Of a stretch of DNA of 64,000 nucleotides, positions 24,746 through 38,342 are shown piece after piece. Within the stretch, counting starts at the first letter, position 1, and every line of letters starts with the position of its first letter. The notes beneath the pieces are model-generated. The model was not told where the DNA came from and ran no database searches. It saw only the letters and a program-made list of their open reading frames with translations. Made by a program: the position numbers and the translations under genes. Location: positions 31,502,437 to 31,566,436 of the forward strand of contig NC_092672.1 of NCBI RefSeq assembly GCF_964355755.1, read 5' to 3'. The DNA is from Antedon mediterranea. Lineage: Eukaryota; Animalia; Echinodermata.

Positions 24746-25049
24746 GGTGATCTAACAGACCTACTTTTCCCCACTAGCCTAACGAACAACAAAAGATCTT
24801 CCAGTATTTCTATCCAGGTGAAACACACTGGATAACGGCTTACAACGCTAAATTTTAACTCCTGGCAACTAGCCAAGGGTAACGATTCTAAACGTATCCA
24901 CCACAAGATAACGATCTACTACACTTAGCTTCGTTTTCTTGCTCTATTCTTCTCTTCCAGTCTACAGTATAAAGGTCTTTATCGCAAATTCCTCAGGAAT
25001 TCCAGGAATGTGTTCAAAAAAGACGTGCGTACACAACGACGTTACGAAA

Positions 25050-25236
25050 AGAAATGATGACGATGATAAGTGGGTGTGTCTCACTTGAGGGCGTACTGGT
25101 GGCGGACTGATCCATTATCCGACGGGGGTGGGGAAAAATTAATGTTATTAATGTTCTTCTTTTCGTAATGTTTACCTCTCGTCGAAGAGAGAGGCTTATG
25201 TTGGTTTATCCAGGTAAGCTAGGCACGATATAGACT
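25050..25236 (-). repeat. DIRS 5' ITR
   Basis: Inverted copy of 19910-20079. Its terminal segment 25193-25236 is matched by the ICR. Confidence 0.95.
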
Positions 25237-25682
25237 GAAGATTTTCTAATTATCCATCGGGTTTCAATCGTAACATTTTACAGTTTGGCAGACTTTGTAA
25301 AAGTTCACAGTCCTGTTTAGGGAGTGCCGATGTTTCTATAAATAATAAACCAAATTCTTCATATTTTTTCATCCTTTTATATTAAATGTGCCGATAATTT
25401 TTCAGACTAAACAAATGCAGTACCCTCTGTTCTTTATACAAGAGAGCAGAAGAATGGCAGAGTGGAGTTTTGGGAGGGTAGAGAGTTCAAATATCTAAGG
25501 TAACAAATATCAATTTTAATCATAATTCATAATTACACTTAAGTGAGAGATTTCACTTAACTATATATTTAAGTTGTATTTACTTTAGATCAGGAAGATT
25601 TCTAAATTGTTGTATAATTGCAAATAGGCCTGCTTGTAAAAGAGTATTTCGATTTTTTTAGTAGAAATTAATTTGTATCTTA

Positions 25683-28600
25683 TAGTAGGGCGGCCAATGT
25701 GAGCTTTTTCATCATGGGGGGCATTTTCTGTTAATAGCAGGCAACCATGTGGAATATATCCCTTATGGGATGACAAAAAAGATAGGGGTGGATGCCGCTC
25801 TCAAATTTCAGGTCAAAGGTCATTTTCAAGGTTATAAGGTCAAATATGGTAAAATAGAGGTTTAAGCTGTTTTCAACAACATATAAGCTAATTAAAAGAA
25901 ATGTAACCATTATTGGATCATCATTGACATATTGCTGTAGATGGTGAAGTTCATCAATTTTTCAACTTACAAGTTTAAAGGTCATTTTCAAGGTCATAAG
26001 GTCAAATAGAGCACAGAACTGTTAATTATCGGTATTAATAATTGAAATAAATATAATTTTCAGGATAGCCTGGTGCTGATGGTTATAGTGTGGTGTCAAA
26101 AAGACCAGAATTGTACTGGGAAGATTTTGAACTTTTTGAGTCACTCCTGGAAGGTGTTCAAGGAATGGAGAGGATCAAAGTATCAAAATAATCGAAATTA
26201 GAGGCCTACTGGAATGTCTTAAATTTCATTTAAAAACGGTCACAGAGGGTTTGTGGGTTGGGAGTAATGGGCGGCATGGGCACATGCCAATATTCGAAAT
26301 GTTTCTGGGATGGGAGGAGGTAACGCTCTGAGGTGGGTATTTCTTCAAGCACTGATATATAATGCCTACTAGCCATCTGGGTAACGGCAAACGATTGAAT
26401 CACAACCACATATGCATGCTTTCTGTAACAACTTCATCGGCTCTTTAGTTTACATACACATGTAACAAGTTCCAAACTGACAACTGGGTTAGGGGCTTCC
26501 AAACAACCCGATTCATTTAGGCCACATACTGATCTCTGCCTGATAGTTGGCTCGTATGTTTAGGTTCTATGATGTCTGTATTCACCATAGGTGAGTTTTT
26601 TTAATTTTTAGTGTTTCCCGAAGTAGAAATACAGGTACTTAAATATTTATTGAGTGAAGTGAAATACTTAATATTTAAGGGAAATATATATCACAAGTGT
26701 TAATGGTATATGGTTACTGGGTCTAGATGGAGGTAGCACCAAAGAGTAGTCTGTACAGATATCTGCTCAAGAGTACCATATATTTGGCAATATTAAACTT
26801 TAGTGTACACTGTACGTGGAAAGTCTTAATCTTAATAAATTCCATTTACAAGGAGTGGATGCGTTACAAATGATTTCCAGTATGACCTCTTCCCATAACC
26901 AGCAAATAATGACGTGCTGCAACCTGTAATGACATGGAAGCTGGTTAGATTATTCTTAATAGGTTTTCAACCACTTTATTGTTCACTATACCAGACATCG
27001 TCCATACTTTTGAAGGCTACTGTTACAAAGTGCATATCATTAATTAACATCAACTTTCATGTATAATTGCAAGCTCTTTGTTATTGACATAAAGAATGTC
27101 TAAAAACTTTGTGATATTTGTTCTCCTCCAAACCGATGAGTGTGGCCCAAAACAAATACGGAAGTACAGATTAGTACATTGGGACTATCCTTTCAATCGT
27201 GTCACTGCTTTTATCCACCCCTTTCCAATGTAATGATCAAATACAACAAAATGATGAAATATCTAGGTAACTTGCATAAATACTTGCATAGTCACCAAAT
27301 GTTTACAGCCATGTTTACTGCATCCTATAGTGCATGACCATCATGTTTTTACTGTAAGTTTTCTTCTGGAACATCTGTGGGTATTTCAACGCCATCCATC
27401 AAGATATGTGAAGTCATATTTGGTTAAAGATATTAAAATTGGGCTATGATCATACTCCAATGGTTGATCAGCAGATTTTCTGTCAGTTTTTATATACTTT
27501 ATCGAAACAGTTGCCTTATAGAAATCCGCAAAGGTTTAGATCAATGCTTTCTCAGTGGCTCATGAAGTTCTAAGTTCTACTGTTTTTTTTCTTTCAATAA
27601 GTTGTTACTTTAAATATAAGATCTTCCTTACCATCTGTCAGTTCGAAAGAATATTGTGTATTATGTGTGATTCGTGATCGGTCTGACCATGTCATGCAGA
27701 ACCTATCAATGAATTACAGCGTTTCTTGTTATACCAATGATTCTATTTTGAATTGATCAATCATCCACTCAGTGTTTAGAATATTGGTTCTGATAGTTAA
27801 GATAGGTAAATTTGTTTACCCTTTTAACCTCATTTCTACAACAAATCCAATCGGTTTTTAAATGTGTTGGTGGTTTCAGAAATGACGACTTTGGTTGGCA
27901 AACTATTAAAATATATAATTACTAATTGTGAAAAAGTGGATCTCCTATCAGTCCTTTGTGAAATTTAGGTTTAAAAAGTCTAAGCTGATGTCCTCGTGTA
28001 TTACTGCTTAGATTGCATCTCATTTGAAGGAAGTCTTCCTTGGCTACACCCTCGAAATCTTTTGAAAATTGTCAATCAAGTCACCATAAATTCGTCTGTC
28101 ATACAGGGTTGTTAGGCCAAGAAAATTTAAACGATCTTCATATGAATAAAAATGGATAGCTGGAATTTGATTTGTTGTATGACGTTGTCCTCTTCAAGTG
28201 CGTTTATGTCTTTTTGGAGAAATGGATTTCATACCTGGACACAGTACGTAACGTAATGTTTGTAAATAACGTTAAAACCGTCTTTATCCATGTGTATAAA
28301 GGACTTCTTAATTACTTAAGGAGTTTTATATTTGTTATCACCGTCAGTCATGATAGCATAGATGCGAAGGCCTCAAGAAGAAGTCCCCAATTACCACTCC
28401 TTCCAACCTTGATAAAGTCCAATAGTTAGGGTTTTTGAAAAAACAAAGATTCGATACCCAGGTTTCTCTTTCGAGATTTCTTGAAACAACAAACTTCAAT
28501 AAAAACTTGTATCATTGAAATAAAGAAAAAAATGTTTAAATAATTACATTATAGGGGGTCTCTGACCCAAACAAAAACATCTTGACATATGGTCATATAG

Positions 28601-29266
28601 GTCTCTGTTTTCGAAATTTTTCTAAAAACAAATTTCTAAATATTATTACATTATTATAGGTAATATTAATAATTTTTCTAAAAACAAATTTCCAAATATT
28701 ACTGTATTACATTATTATAGGTAATATTAATATAATAGTAAAAGACCAATCTTTTGGCACATATGGCGTTTCATACATATAACACTTGACCTATTTTTTC
28801 CGACAAAAATCAAAACGATGACTGGTGGACAACATGAAAAAGACAAATTTACAACAGACTGGGAAAAGCCTATTAAAAAACTGTGTGTACTTTACAGAAA
28901 TGTGAAAACAACATTTTGAGAAAATGACACTTTTATATTTAATTTCCTATGTTTTTATGTGTAAAATTAAATGTTTATCTCATAATTACTATAATATGAA
29001 GCATCAGTTGATCTTCAGATATACCTTTTTGGATAGCTCTGATGATGTAGATGATTTTCCGTGAATAAAAAAAAATCCTATATTTTGACTTTGTTTGACC
29101 TCTTGACCACATAAACTGACCTTAAAACCCAAAACTGAAGATGGCATCCACCCCTATCGTTTTTGTCACCCTACAAAGGATACATTCAACATGGTTGCCT
29201 GCTATTAACAAAAAATGCCCCCCAAACTTTTTATAGAGGACTTTTGTGTATTTGGCCTCTCTACTA
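25683..29266 (-). mobile_element. Decayed Academ DNA transposon
   Basis: TAGTAG..CTACTA termini with TTA TSD and long imperfect subterminal inverted repeats (25712-25800 vs 29135-29225). Minus-strand remnants FHVITGC.TSLFAGYGKRSYWK (26870-26939), IRANYQA..MW (~26520-26557) and a C-x-C-G-C cluster (~26385-26430). Confidence 0.85.
27910..28180 (-). mobile_element. CR1-like LINE ORF2 3' fragment nested in the Academ element
   Basis: Translates SYEDRLNFLGLTTLYDRRIYGDLI and TRGHQLRLFK, typical of the CR1 ORF2 C-terminus. Confidence 0.8.
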
Positions 29267-29556
29267 TTAGATCGAGTGGAAAACACCTCTATAATAGTCT
29301 TATTACATCACTTGGCTCTGGTAAATGATCTGTCTACGTATGGCTTAGATTGTTTTCGTTGCACTCACAAACAATAATATAGGCCTGCCTATAAAAGTTA
29401 ATTTATATAGATATTAATTTGTATCTTAGATCGAGTGGAAACACACCTCTATAATAATAGGCCTACAATTACACCACTTGGCTCTGGTAAATCTGAGTTA
29501 CGATCTTTCTGAGTATGGCTTAGATTGTTTTTAGTTGCACTCACAAACAATAATTA
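29267..29556. repeat. ~160-bp tandem duplication
   Basis: TTAGATCGAGTGGAAA..CACTTGGCTCTGGTAAAT..GTTGCACTCACAAACAATAAT occurs twice. Confidence 0.88.
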
Positions 29557-30972
29557 AGCCGTACATTCAGGCCATTACCCAAACCAAATGAATGAACTTT
29601 GAGTTAATTGTTTGCATTAATTCGCTTGACAGATTGCCAGGAGGTAGTACAACATATGTCACAGACTGGCCTATTGTTATTAGTTATTGCTACCGTGTAC
29701 AATAATTATTGATAATTTGTATTAAATCTGAATGACAGAAAATAAAGTGTTATCAAATAAGAAGATATAAATATAATATTATAAATAGTAGAATTCATTG
29801 ACTGCTGTGATCAACAATTTACCATGCATCTATGTAAACATAATCTTAAGACTTTTCGTTTTAACAATTTTCCACCAGAGAAATATAAAATACAATAAAC
29901 TTGGAAAATACTTAAATCTTAGAGTGGTCACCAGGAAAATATATCACTATTTAAAATGTTAGGACACTATCTACACTCCATTGAGAATATAAATTGGCAA
30001 TAACAAAACATAGAAATTAGTTTATAACTAGACATGAATTAGTATTACATTACAATTACAATTGTAAAAGCTCATCTTAAGTGATCTATCTTTTACTATG
30101 GTAAAGCTAGGGTTTAACATTTGAGTGTTCCGTTTGAACACCCTCAAGTCAGGAAAAAACATTTGCTTATCATAGATGTGTTCAACATACGAGAAGTCTT
30201 GCCAATAAAGGTTCAACCATGTTAGTGCTCCTTTGACTACATCCAGGAGCATCAAAGCATATAACATTCAAAAGCCCCTCAATTTTTTTCGGCTCTTTAG
30301 TAAACCATCTCATCCTATTTATCAAACAATATGCAGGTCTATTGACCATCCTTGGGAAATTTTTGAGTACATACCAGATCTGCATTAATACACCAGCAGT
30401 TTAGTTCTACTTAAGTCCAAATACATTAGGTTATCATTGCTATCATATACTGTACTTGAATACACTAACTAAAGGTACTTATGCCATTATTATATAATCA
30501 AAGTGGTTTAGTTTGTTAATGCATTTTTACAATTAGCTCTCTATACAAGGGCATAATTTTGAAGTAATAGAACTTAAAAACCTGGTGGTAGCCTGTATTA
30601 CATGACATAATAGTTATGTATGAATTAAAAATAAATTATTCATACTCTATTCTTTATTTTGAACCATCAGTGCAAAGCATTAATAACAGATTAAATATAA
30701 AATAGAAAATATATAACCGAATATTTAAAATGTTGATAATTTTGTTCAAAGGGTATCTAAAGAATGACGGTGATTGTACAATGACAAAAAGTTTTCAAAA
30801 ACACACATTTTCAAACAAATGCAAGAAAAAGTAATTGTGATTCAACACATCTTAAGACTATTCTTTTAATTTCTAAGGACCATATTACTCCACTCCCAAA
30901 GACTTGTAATTATGAAATAGCTTAAATATTGTTGCACTCTGTTCTAGGTAGGGCACCATACAAAAGCCTACA

Positions 30973-31441
30973 TATACGGCCATACTGCGTTGAAACATCG
31001 GTTCTCGTCAGATCACCGAAGTTAAGCAACGTTGGGCCCGGTTGCGTTCTGGATGGGAGACCGTCTAGAAATCGTGGCGGGTGCTGTGTATACTGGAGAG
31101 TAATGGTGTAATGGTAATATCGGACTAGCATGTGATAGGCATGGGTTCGAGGTTATCTGTACCATACTAATTGCATCCTTTAGGCAAGATGCTTTACTCT
31201 CATTGCCTCGTCCTTCGGATGGGATGTAAAGCCGCTGGTCCCGTGTACTTAACAGTGCACGTTAAAGAACTTGGTACACTATTCGAAAAGAGTAGGTGAT
31301 CGTCTCCCGGTGTGCTGATCTGGTAGGCGCTGCACTGCTGGCTGCCGTGGGTTCGTAGAGGGCCTAATCCGAATCTCCTCAGTTTCCAGTTAAGCTTGAG
31401 TAAGCTAAGATAATTACCATTACCTTTACCTTTACCTTTAC
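30973..31441 (+). mobile_element. 5S rRNA + tRNA-like + Deu/Nin-domain SINE with (ACCTTT)n tail
   Basis: 30973-31090 is a diverged 5S. 31095-31164 has an A box (TGGTGTAATGG) and a B box (GGTTCGAGG). 31170-31315 is a Deu-like core (CATTGCCTCGTCCTTCGGATGGGATGTAAAGCC..GGTCCCGTG..GCACGTTAAAGAAC). A tandem tail follows. Confidence 0.82.
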
Positions 31442-32029
31442 ATAGAATAAAATGATTATGAATAGGGACATTAAGTACTGCTCTGTTTATAGACAATTTA
31501 AGCAAATTCTTATTTTCTTATTGCATTAGTAACTTTTAAAAACTTGTATTACATGTTTTTTATACTATAAAATTCAAACTTAATAACTTATACAATACAA
31601 TTCTATAAAATGCTTCATTCTCCTAAAAGTACTCGTTAATATTTGAAAGGGTAAATTTTATATCATAATTTAGAGGTTAAATATAATACTAAACGAAATA
31701 GCTTTTATGTATATTTTTAAACCGAAAAAATATATATAAAGACTCGAGGTGAAGAATCTGACTTAACATTACATTCCCTCAATCATCCCCTTTTGACTAT
31801 TTTTAGCACTACACTAATAATTGTTTATTAAAAATACAAATATGTTTTTATTTATAAGTTTATGATAATAAAGGATGTTTTTTTCGTTTGTTTGTTTTAT
31901 TGGTTTCTCCACACATTAAAAAAAAAATAAAAAAATTACAAATTACACATAACTTAAACATTACAATAAACATAAAAACATCAAAAATGTGCAGATGGAG
32001 GTCAAAATAAGTTTAAAAGGAATGTTTCT

Positions 32030-33063
32030 CGCATTACTCGTTCAAGTACCAGCAATTATAACCTGACAATCCCACGAACTAAACGAAAGACATTTGCTGA
32101 CCGTTCGTTCACCGTAGCAGGACCCAAAATTTGGAACAGATTAACAAGTCACATTAAACACTTAGGTCGTGTTTATACAACACCCTAAATTTGAACACGG
32201 CTTTAATTTTTAGCGTGTTGTTCGGACCGAGGTCAACCCACCTTAACGTTTGCTGTTATACTAGAAATCACGATACCGTGTTATACCGGAAGTTTCATCA
32301 ACACGCAGTGCATGCTAGGATAAAAGGTCAAATCGTTGATCGCGCTTGAATTGGCTGAGTTGTCAACAATCATCGTCGCCTCCTCGCTGTCCGATGTATT
32401 CGCGCGGTTTTTACCATTTTCATTATATTGTATTCGTTCACGTTTGCATTGTTGTTTATTTTGTTCTCGGTTCATTTAAATTAATAAAAGTTATTTTAAG
32501 GGTTTCATTGTTTCATCTATACACTATGGAAGAAGATGCCACTTTTGCGATGTTATTTTTTTGATTCTGTTTGGAGTGGGAAACGATAGAGGCCTACTAC
32601 CACTACGAGTTGGCCCCACTAGGCTAGGCGTAAGACGTGGTAGGAGGATGATTGCTGGCAGCGAAGCAGCAATAAATGGGCCCAATCTTGTTAGCAATGA
32701 TTGATATTACGACCTGTTTTAACGAGAGGTCAAAATATACCCTGAGGACACTTCCAACACGGTAACGGCGACCGGGAATCCACCAAATTTTAGGATTCAG
32801 CCAAGTAGCCTTTTTTGCAATTAAAATCTCATTACACGGAATCTCTTTGTTGTTATACAACACACTTTTCGTAGGCGTGTAGAATATGCGTGTAATAGCG
32901 TGTTGTATAAACGCGCCCTTAGACGACTATAATCAGTTTAAAAAACATTTAAAAGCACTATATTTCAAACAATGTTACGATACTAATTGATGTGAAGCGC
33001 CGCTGATTATAATTAAATGTTGTATAAATGTGCGCTATACAAGTAATAATAATAATAATAATA
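32030..33063 (+). mobile_element. L2-like LINE 3' end, split by a Harbinger-type insertion
   Basis: TIPRTKRKTFADRSFTVAGPKIWNRLTSHIKHL|DDYNQFKKHLKALYF rejoins in frame across the insertion. The tail is GCGCTATACAAGT(AAT)n. Confidence 0.85.
32165..32918. mobile_element. PIF/Harbinger-like non-autonomous element
   Basis: TIRs GGTCGTGTTTATACAACAC / GTGTTGTATAAACGCGCCC with TTA TSD on both sides. The empty site is confirmed by the L2 frame. Confidence 0.85.
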
Positions 33064-33285
33064 ACAGACAGGATAAAAAATTGTAAAAAAACAAAGTAAA
33101 AAACAAAAACAGGAGAACGTTTAGATAGAAACACTTACAAAATGTTATTTTGAACATTTTCTTTAAATAATATTGCTCACTAATTTCCTATTCAGCTTTC
33201 ATGTTTTTCAACATGTACTGTAATGTACAAATTGGCTTAATCTATTTTTGCAATACTTAATTTATTGCTTACACTTGTCAGTAAG

Positions 33286-33670
33286 TAGCTATCGTCTATG
33301 AAATTGTTTTTGTACATATACATTTAATAGTACAGTACATTAATAATAGTCTGAATATCAGAGATAGCCATTTGGTTTCCCAGTGTTCCCAGTAACTACC
33401 AGAACTAGCTATGAAATTGTGTTTATATACATTCAATAGAACAGTACATAAAATAATCTGAATATCGCAGATAGCCATTTGGAATTCCCACTGTTTACCA
33501 GTACCAGTAACTAGCTATGAAATTGTTTTTATATACATTCAATAGTACAGTACATTATAACCGTCAGTCTGAATTTCACAGATATCCATTTGGAAATCCG
33601 ACTGTTTACCATTAACTCGCTATGAAATTGTGTTTATATATATTAAATAGTACGACAGTACATTATAACA
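33286..33670. repeat. ~105-110-bp tandem repeat, ~3.5 units
   Basis: CTATGAAATTGT..ATACATT..TAGTACAGTACAT..TCTGAATATC..GATAGCCATTTGG repeated. Confidence 0.9.
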
Positions 33671-36008
33671 GTCCATAATTTTCTGTTAAAACAAACAAGG
33701 AAAAGAATTACAATTTCTGCATAAAAAGGAAACGAAAATTGTCCATTCTGAAGGTTAACCATTAAGTATTAAACAATGCACTTTTAATGTTACAAAGAAA
33801 AATGGATATTTTATTATGCGTAAAACAACAAACACAATTAAACACCAAATACATTTCTAACAAATAAATACAATTCTGATAAACTTACGTACTATTATTA
33901 TAAAAGTAATTTCCAGCGATGTACAATACATATAAAATCCAAAATATGACAGAATTGAGTGTAGCCGGCAACCTACTAGCAAAATGACAATCCCTCACAA
34001 TACCTTACTCAACAAAGCAATGAACATGAATAAATGGAACAGTCCAATTTACATTAATGACAAGGTTAAAATAAGCCTCAACAAAATGGAATAGTCAAAT
34101 ATCATACAAAAATAATTCAATAGTCTAATGTGTGTTGATAAAATGGAATAGTCCATTAAATAGTTCTATGACTAACAGCAAATAACAAAGCAGTGCTTAT
34201 GAAAAAATGGAATAGTCCGGAGTGTATTTTTCCTGTTGTCTATATTGAGTGATATAGTGTAATGTCCAATCAGCTGATGTTGCCACCTTTGTGCAGACTA
34301 GTAATAAAACACTTCAGTACAAAGGGTTAAAATCCGTACACACGCGTATCTCCTGTATACACACACCAATTATTTATTCTTTTAGATACCATTATTGATG
34401 TTAATGAACAAAAAAGTAATGCCTCTATCATTTGGTAAATGACAGACAAATTAATATTAAAAGTCATATTCGCCTTCTATGTCAGTTTTCATTAAAACAT
34501 TTTTTTAAGAAGATATCCCGATGGATTTGTTGAGTTAGTATCATTGTTTTATATTTATGTTCCTTTGTCTGGGATAAAACAAAGTGTGGGGAACAATGCA
34601 CGATGACATTCTACTCCATTGACTTAATTGTTTTAATAAATTATTTAAGTTTTGCATAAATAATAAATGGCCTTGATATCATGTTGGATTTAAAATTCAA
34701 AATTATATTAAGTTACTTTTAAATGAAGAAATCATATTTAAAATAAGATATTTATTTTAATAAGTAAAGATAATTTCTTTTTAAACACAGGCAAAAAATA
34801 ATTTTTCTTTTAATACTTACATTATATTATTCTGGCTACATTACTAATTTGACAAAAAAAAAAAGTGATAAAGTATGGTAGTGATATGACACCATAAAGT
34901 TTGATAGTGTAGACAGAGCTTTAACTTATAGATGTAATTAGTTAATTTCATTTAGGCCAAAAAAAAATGTATTTCACGTTTAAATTGTAATATTTGAGGT
35001 GCTTTAACTATATTGTGATAACATGATAATAATAGTTTAAAAGTTCAGTTAATATTCCAATTTATGAATGAATTATTAATGACTGACATTTTAATCATGA
35101 AATTTTGATGGGAAATTATGACATCAATCAACCTAAACTTTAATATTTTGCTAGTCAATCATTATTATCAGGCAATAACCTGATAATAACCTTAATAGTG
35201 CTTTAATTATATACTTTCTACAATTTCTAAGATTCTGGGATTCGAATCTTGACTAACATTCAGTAACAGTACTAATAGCTCATTGCTAACTATTATTCAC
35301 CTCTAAATCTTCAAAACAAGAATTTATTTTGAAAGCATATATTTCTAATTTGTTAATTGCCGATTAAATTGACTAAAATAACAATTTTAATACTGTAGGT
35401 GCATGCTGCAACCAATATCAAAACAGAAAGGTGTGCTTGCAATGCTCCCACCCCTCTTAAAATGTAACAGCCATGTCTTAAAATAAATAATGACTATTTT
35501 CATGTTTATGCAACCCGGCGGACCGTTTTTATCATTTATGAAATATTTATCCCCCCACCCCGCTAATCTATAATGCTGGATCTGCCCCTGGCTAGAAATG
35601 TGTTATGATTGATGCTCCTATTAACCTAGCACAAAACTATTTCAGTGTATTAATTACATAATTAACCTGGATTTCTCCAATGTTAATTTAGTTGATATCT
35701 GCAAATAATATTGCACCTACCTATAGGCATTATTGATGTTTTTCAATTAAATAATATAATTTAGCTGCAATCAATCTTGGGGAAGTCATGAAATTGAGAA
35801 GGTACGTGGAATACAATTACAAGGGTGGTATTGCAAGTGGGTGGTATTGCAAGTGGGTAGAATAAAAGTCAGTATGAAAAATTATTTTTCAATATAGTGA
35901 GTCTTTATGAATGCATTCTTCTGTAGAAAGAAATTGAGGGATATAGATGGACCAGTCATGGCACCAGGATTTGCCTCACAACGGATGTGAAAAATACAAG
36001 CTCAATTA

Positions 36009-37098
36009 GGCCCTGTTCAGACCCATGGCGTTAGACCGTTTTAGCGTACGACGCTAAAAGAATGTGTGTCTGAACAGTTGGGGATTAGCGTACAACGCGT
36101 CGTACAACGGTTGTAGCGTTGTAGTGGAAAACGGTTGATAGTACCGTTTTAGCGTACGACGCTACTGTAAGTCAACGTTGTATCCAATCAGAACGTTTCC
36201 TGTTATGACGCTATACAAGGTTTGACCTAGGCTGACATCTTGTATCGTCAATGTGTGAGATGGATTTCAATAACAAAAAGGCCAGAATAAATAAGGCCTA
36301 ACTACACTACAAATACAACTGTTACAAAGGCTACAAACTACTATCAACTGATTACCATTATATTTTCTAACAAATGACATAAATACATGCACCTTGTATT
36401 TAAACAGGGACTACGATCCCATACGCTTTTAGGCCTAGACCTAGCTAGGCCTAGAGTCGATCATTCACGCATTTCATTCAAGCTAAAAACTAGCGTGGGA
36501 CATCAAGTCACTCATTCATACAAGGCAGACTAGACTGGACAAGTTTAATGCTGAAAACTAACCCCCTAACTCCTAAAAAATTCAGTAAACAAACAAGGGG
36601 AGCTGTGTCCCTTTTATTAGCAAGTTAAGGGTTATTTTCAACCGACTGGAACAAAGAATATATATCTTTGACTGGACTGGATAGACTAATCACAATCAAT
36701 TTTTTCTTCATCATTAGAACTTGGCCTGCTTTATTTTCGTAACACAAGAACCTGGGGAAAATGTTTTTAACACAAAATAAAACAATAGAAACAGAAATTT
36801 GGCTTTACTATATTTTTCTTAAATAAATGCTGAGGTATGTTTTATTTACGGCAAATTTTGTCATAATTGTAGGGCTGAGATCTAGGCCTATATACAGAGT
36901 GGAAATAATGATCAAAACACGTGGGTAAGAGCACATGAATATGCAACTAGAAACAACCTGAATGACGTACTTCCGTTGTAACGATAATCGTACGCTATGG
37001 GTCTGAACACCTCGTTTTTTTCTCTGCGGTTTGTAACGTGACCTTGCTAGTAACGTTGTACGCTAAAACGGTCTAACGCCATGGGTCTGAACAGGGCC
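36009..37098. mobile_element. PIF/Harbinger-like non-autonomous element (1.1 kb)
   Basis: ~38-bp perfect TIR GGCCCTGTTCAGACCCATGGCGTTAGACCGTTTTAGCGTAC, flanked by TTA and TAA. Confidence 0.88.
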
Positions 37099-38342
37099 TA
37101 AGCTATTTTATAGGCCTAATGGCATTGACACTACTGTTGATGTATTGTCCTCCAAAAACATGAAAAATGAAGATTAATAAAATTAGACTTTGCATAGGCC
37201 ATTTTGCAGATTGTAATACTATAATGATGATGTCATTTATAAAAAGAGAGAATAAATAGTTAGATAGACAGACAATTTGAATATTTTTTACTTTAAATTA
37301 CAGCTTTTTTCAGGTAAATCATTTTTTTTCCCAATTTTTAATAACTATTATGTGACAATTAAAATGGCATATTAAAACAAAAATGGGGGAATAATTTACT
37401 CAAATTCCCACTCACTTCTCCCTCCCCTTTTCTTGCCTTAATACAAAAAAGATAATTACAGTAAATTGGATAAACAGACATACTTACAACGACATACATA
37501 GCAATGAAATATAATTCCAAATTTGGTGAATAATATAGAATAAATTCCATTCATGTTCAAACCTGCAGATACAAAAATTAAAGTTTTATAAGAAAAAAAC
37601 TGCTAAAATAAATCCAGGATAAATCCACTGAAAAATTCATATTCCCATACAGTCTTATTGCTTCCATTAGGAATACATCCAAGCAGTATGCAAGTACACT
37701 ACGGAATACAATGGATTACAATATTCTCATTGTCAAAGTACACAATTTGTAATTAATGGAAGAGAGTGTTTGTGATCCAGGCCAATGATATCGCACAATA
37801 GATTTTATCATGATAAATGCCCAGGGTCGTATAAAAGAACAATAATTATATTGTCATGAAATTCTTTTATTATGTCCTATGGCAGGTATTTTCCCCAATT
37901 TTATTAATTTTATATTCCTTTGTCTAGAGTATATCAACTTGCAATAATGGGTATATTTATTATTATCATGTTTAAGATGATTTTTTTATATTGGTAAAAT
38001 AGTTGCTTTTTTTAAATAAGAATGTTTTTATTTTATGAATAATTCTTCAAATTTTGTTATAACATATAGTATTAATATAATAATAATTTATAATTATACT
38101 ATATAATTTATTTGATTTCTTTTATGATAATTTCTATTCACACTTCAATTTCAATTTAATGCAATCATTATATTCGATAATTTTCAATTAAAATTGACTT
38201 TTAAAAATCTGTTTTAAGCAAGGCCATGAATACAAAAAGAACCTTCCGTCTCTCAGAATTTAATTAATTTTCAGAGGTAACATTTATTTTTCTGTAGTAA
38301 AAATAGTTCAAAAGAGGAATAGTTGAAAATATAAAAAATTAA

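Larger units (their letters stand above)
19871..25236 (-). mobile_element. Full-length DIRS1-like tyrosine-recombinase retrotransposon
   Basis: GC-rich island carrying gag, RT-RNaseH-MT and YR ORFs. Inverted terminal repeats at 19910-20079 and 25050-25219, an internal complementary region at 20115-20212, and no TSD. Confidence 0.97.

Noticed and set aside
20172-24755. Plus-strand and extra short ORFs within the DIRS
   Set aside because: Shadow ORFs of GC-rich dual-coding sequence, with no domain motifs.
30028-30385. Two overlapping minus-strand ORFs as a frameshifted pseudogene
   Set aside because: No recognisable family motif; it cannot be supported without a search.
30973-31090. Functional 5S rRNA gene (also 40178-40292)
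   Set aside because: Many substitutions and indels, no oligo-T terminator, not in a tandem array, and it continues into SINE bodies.
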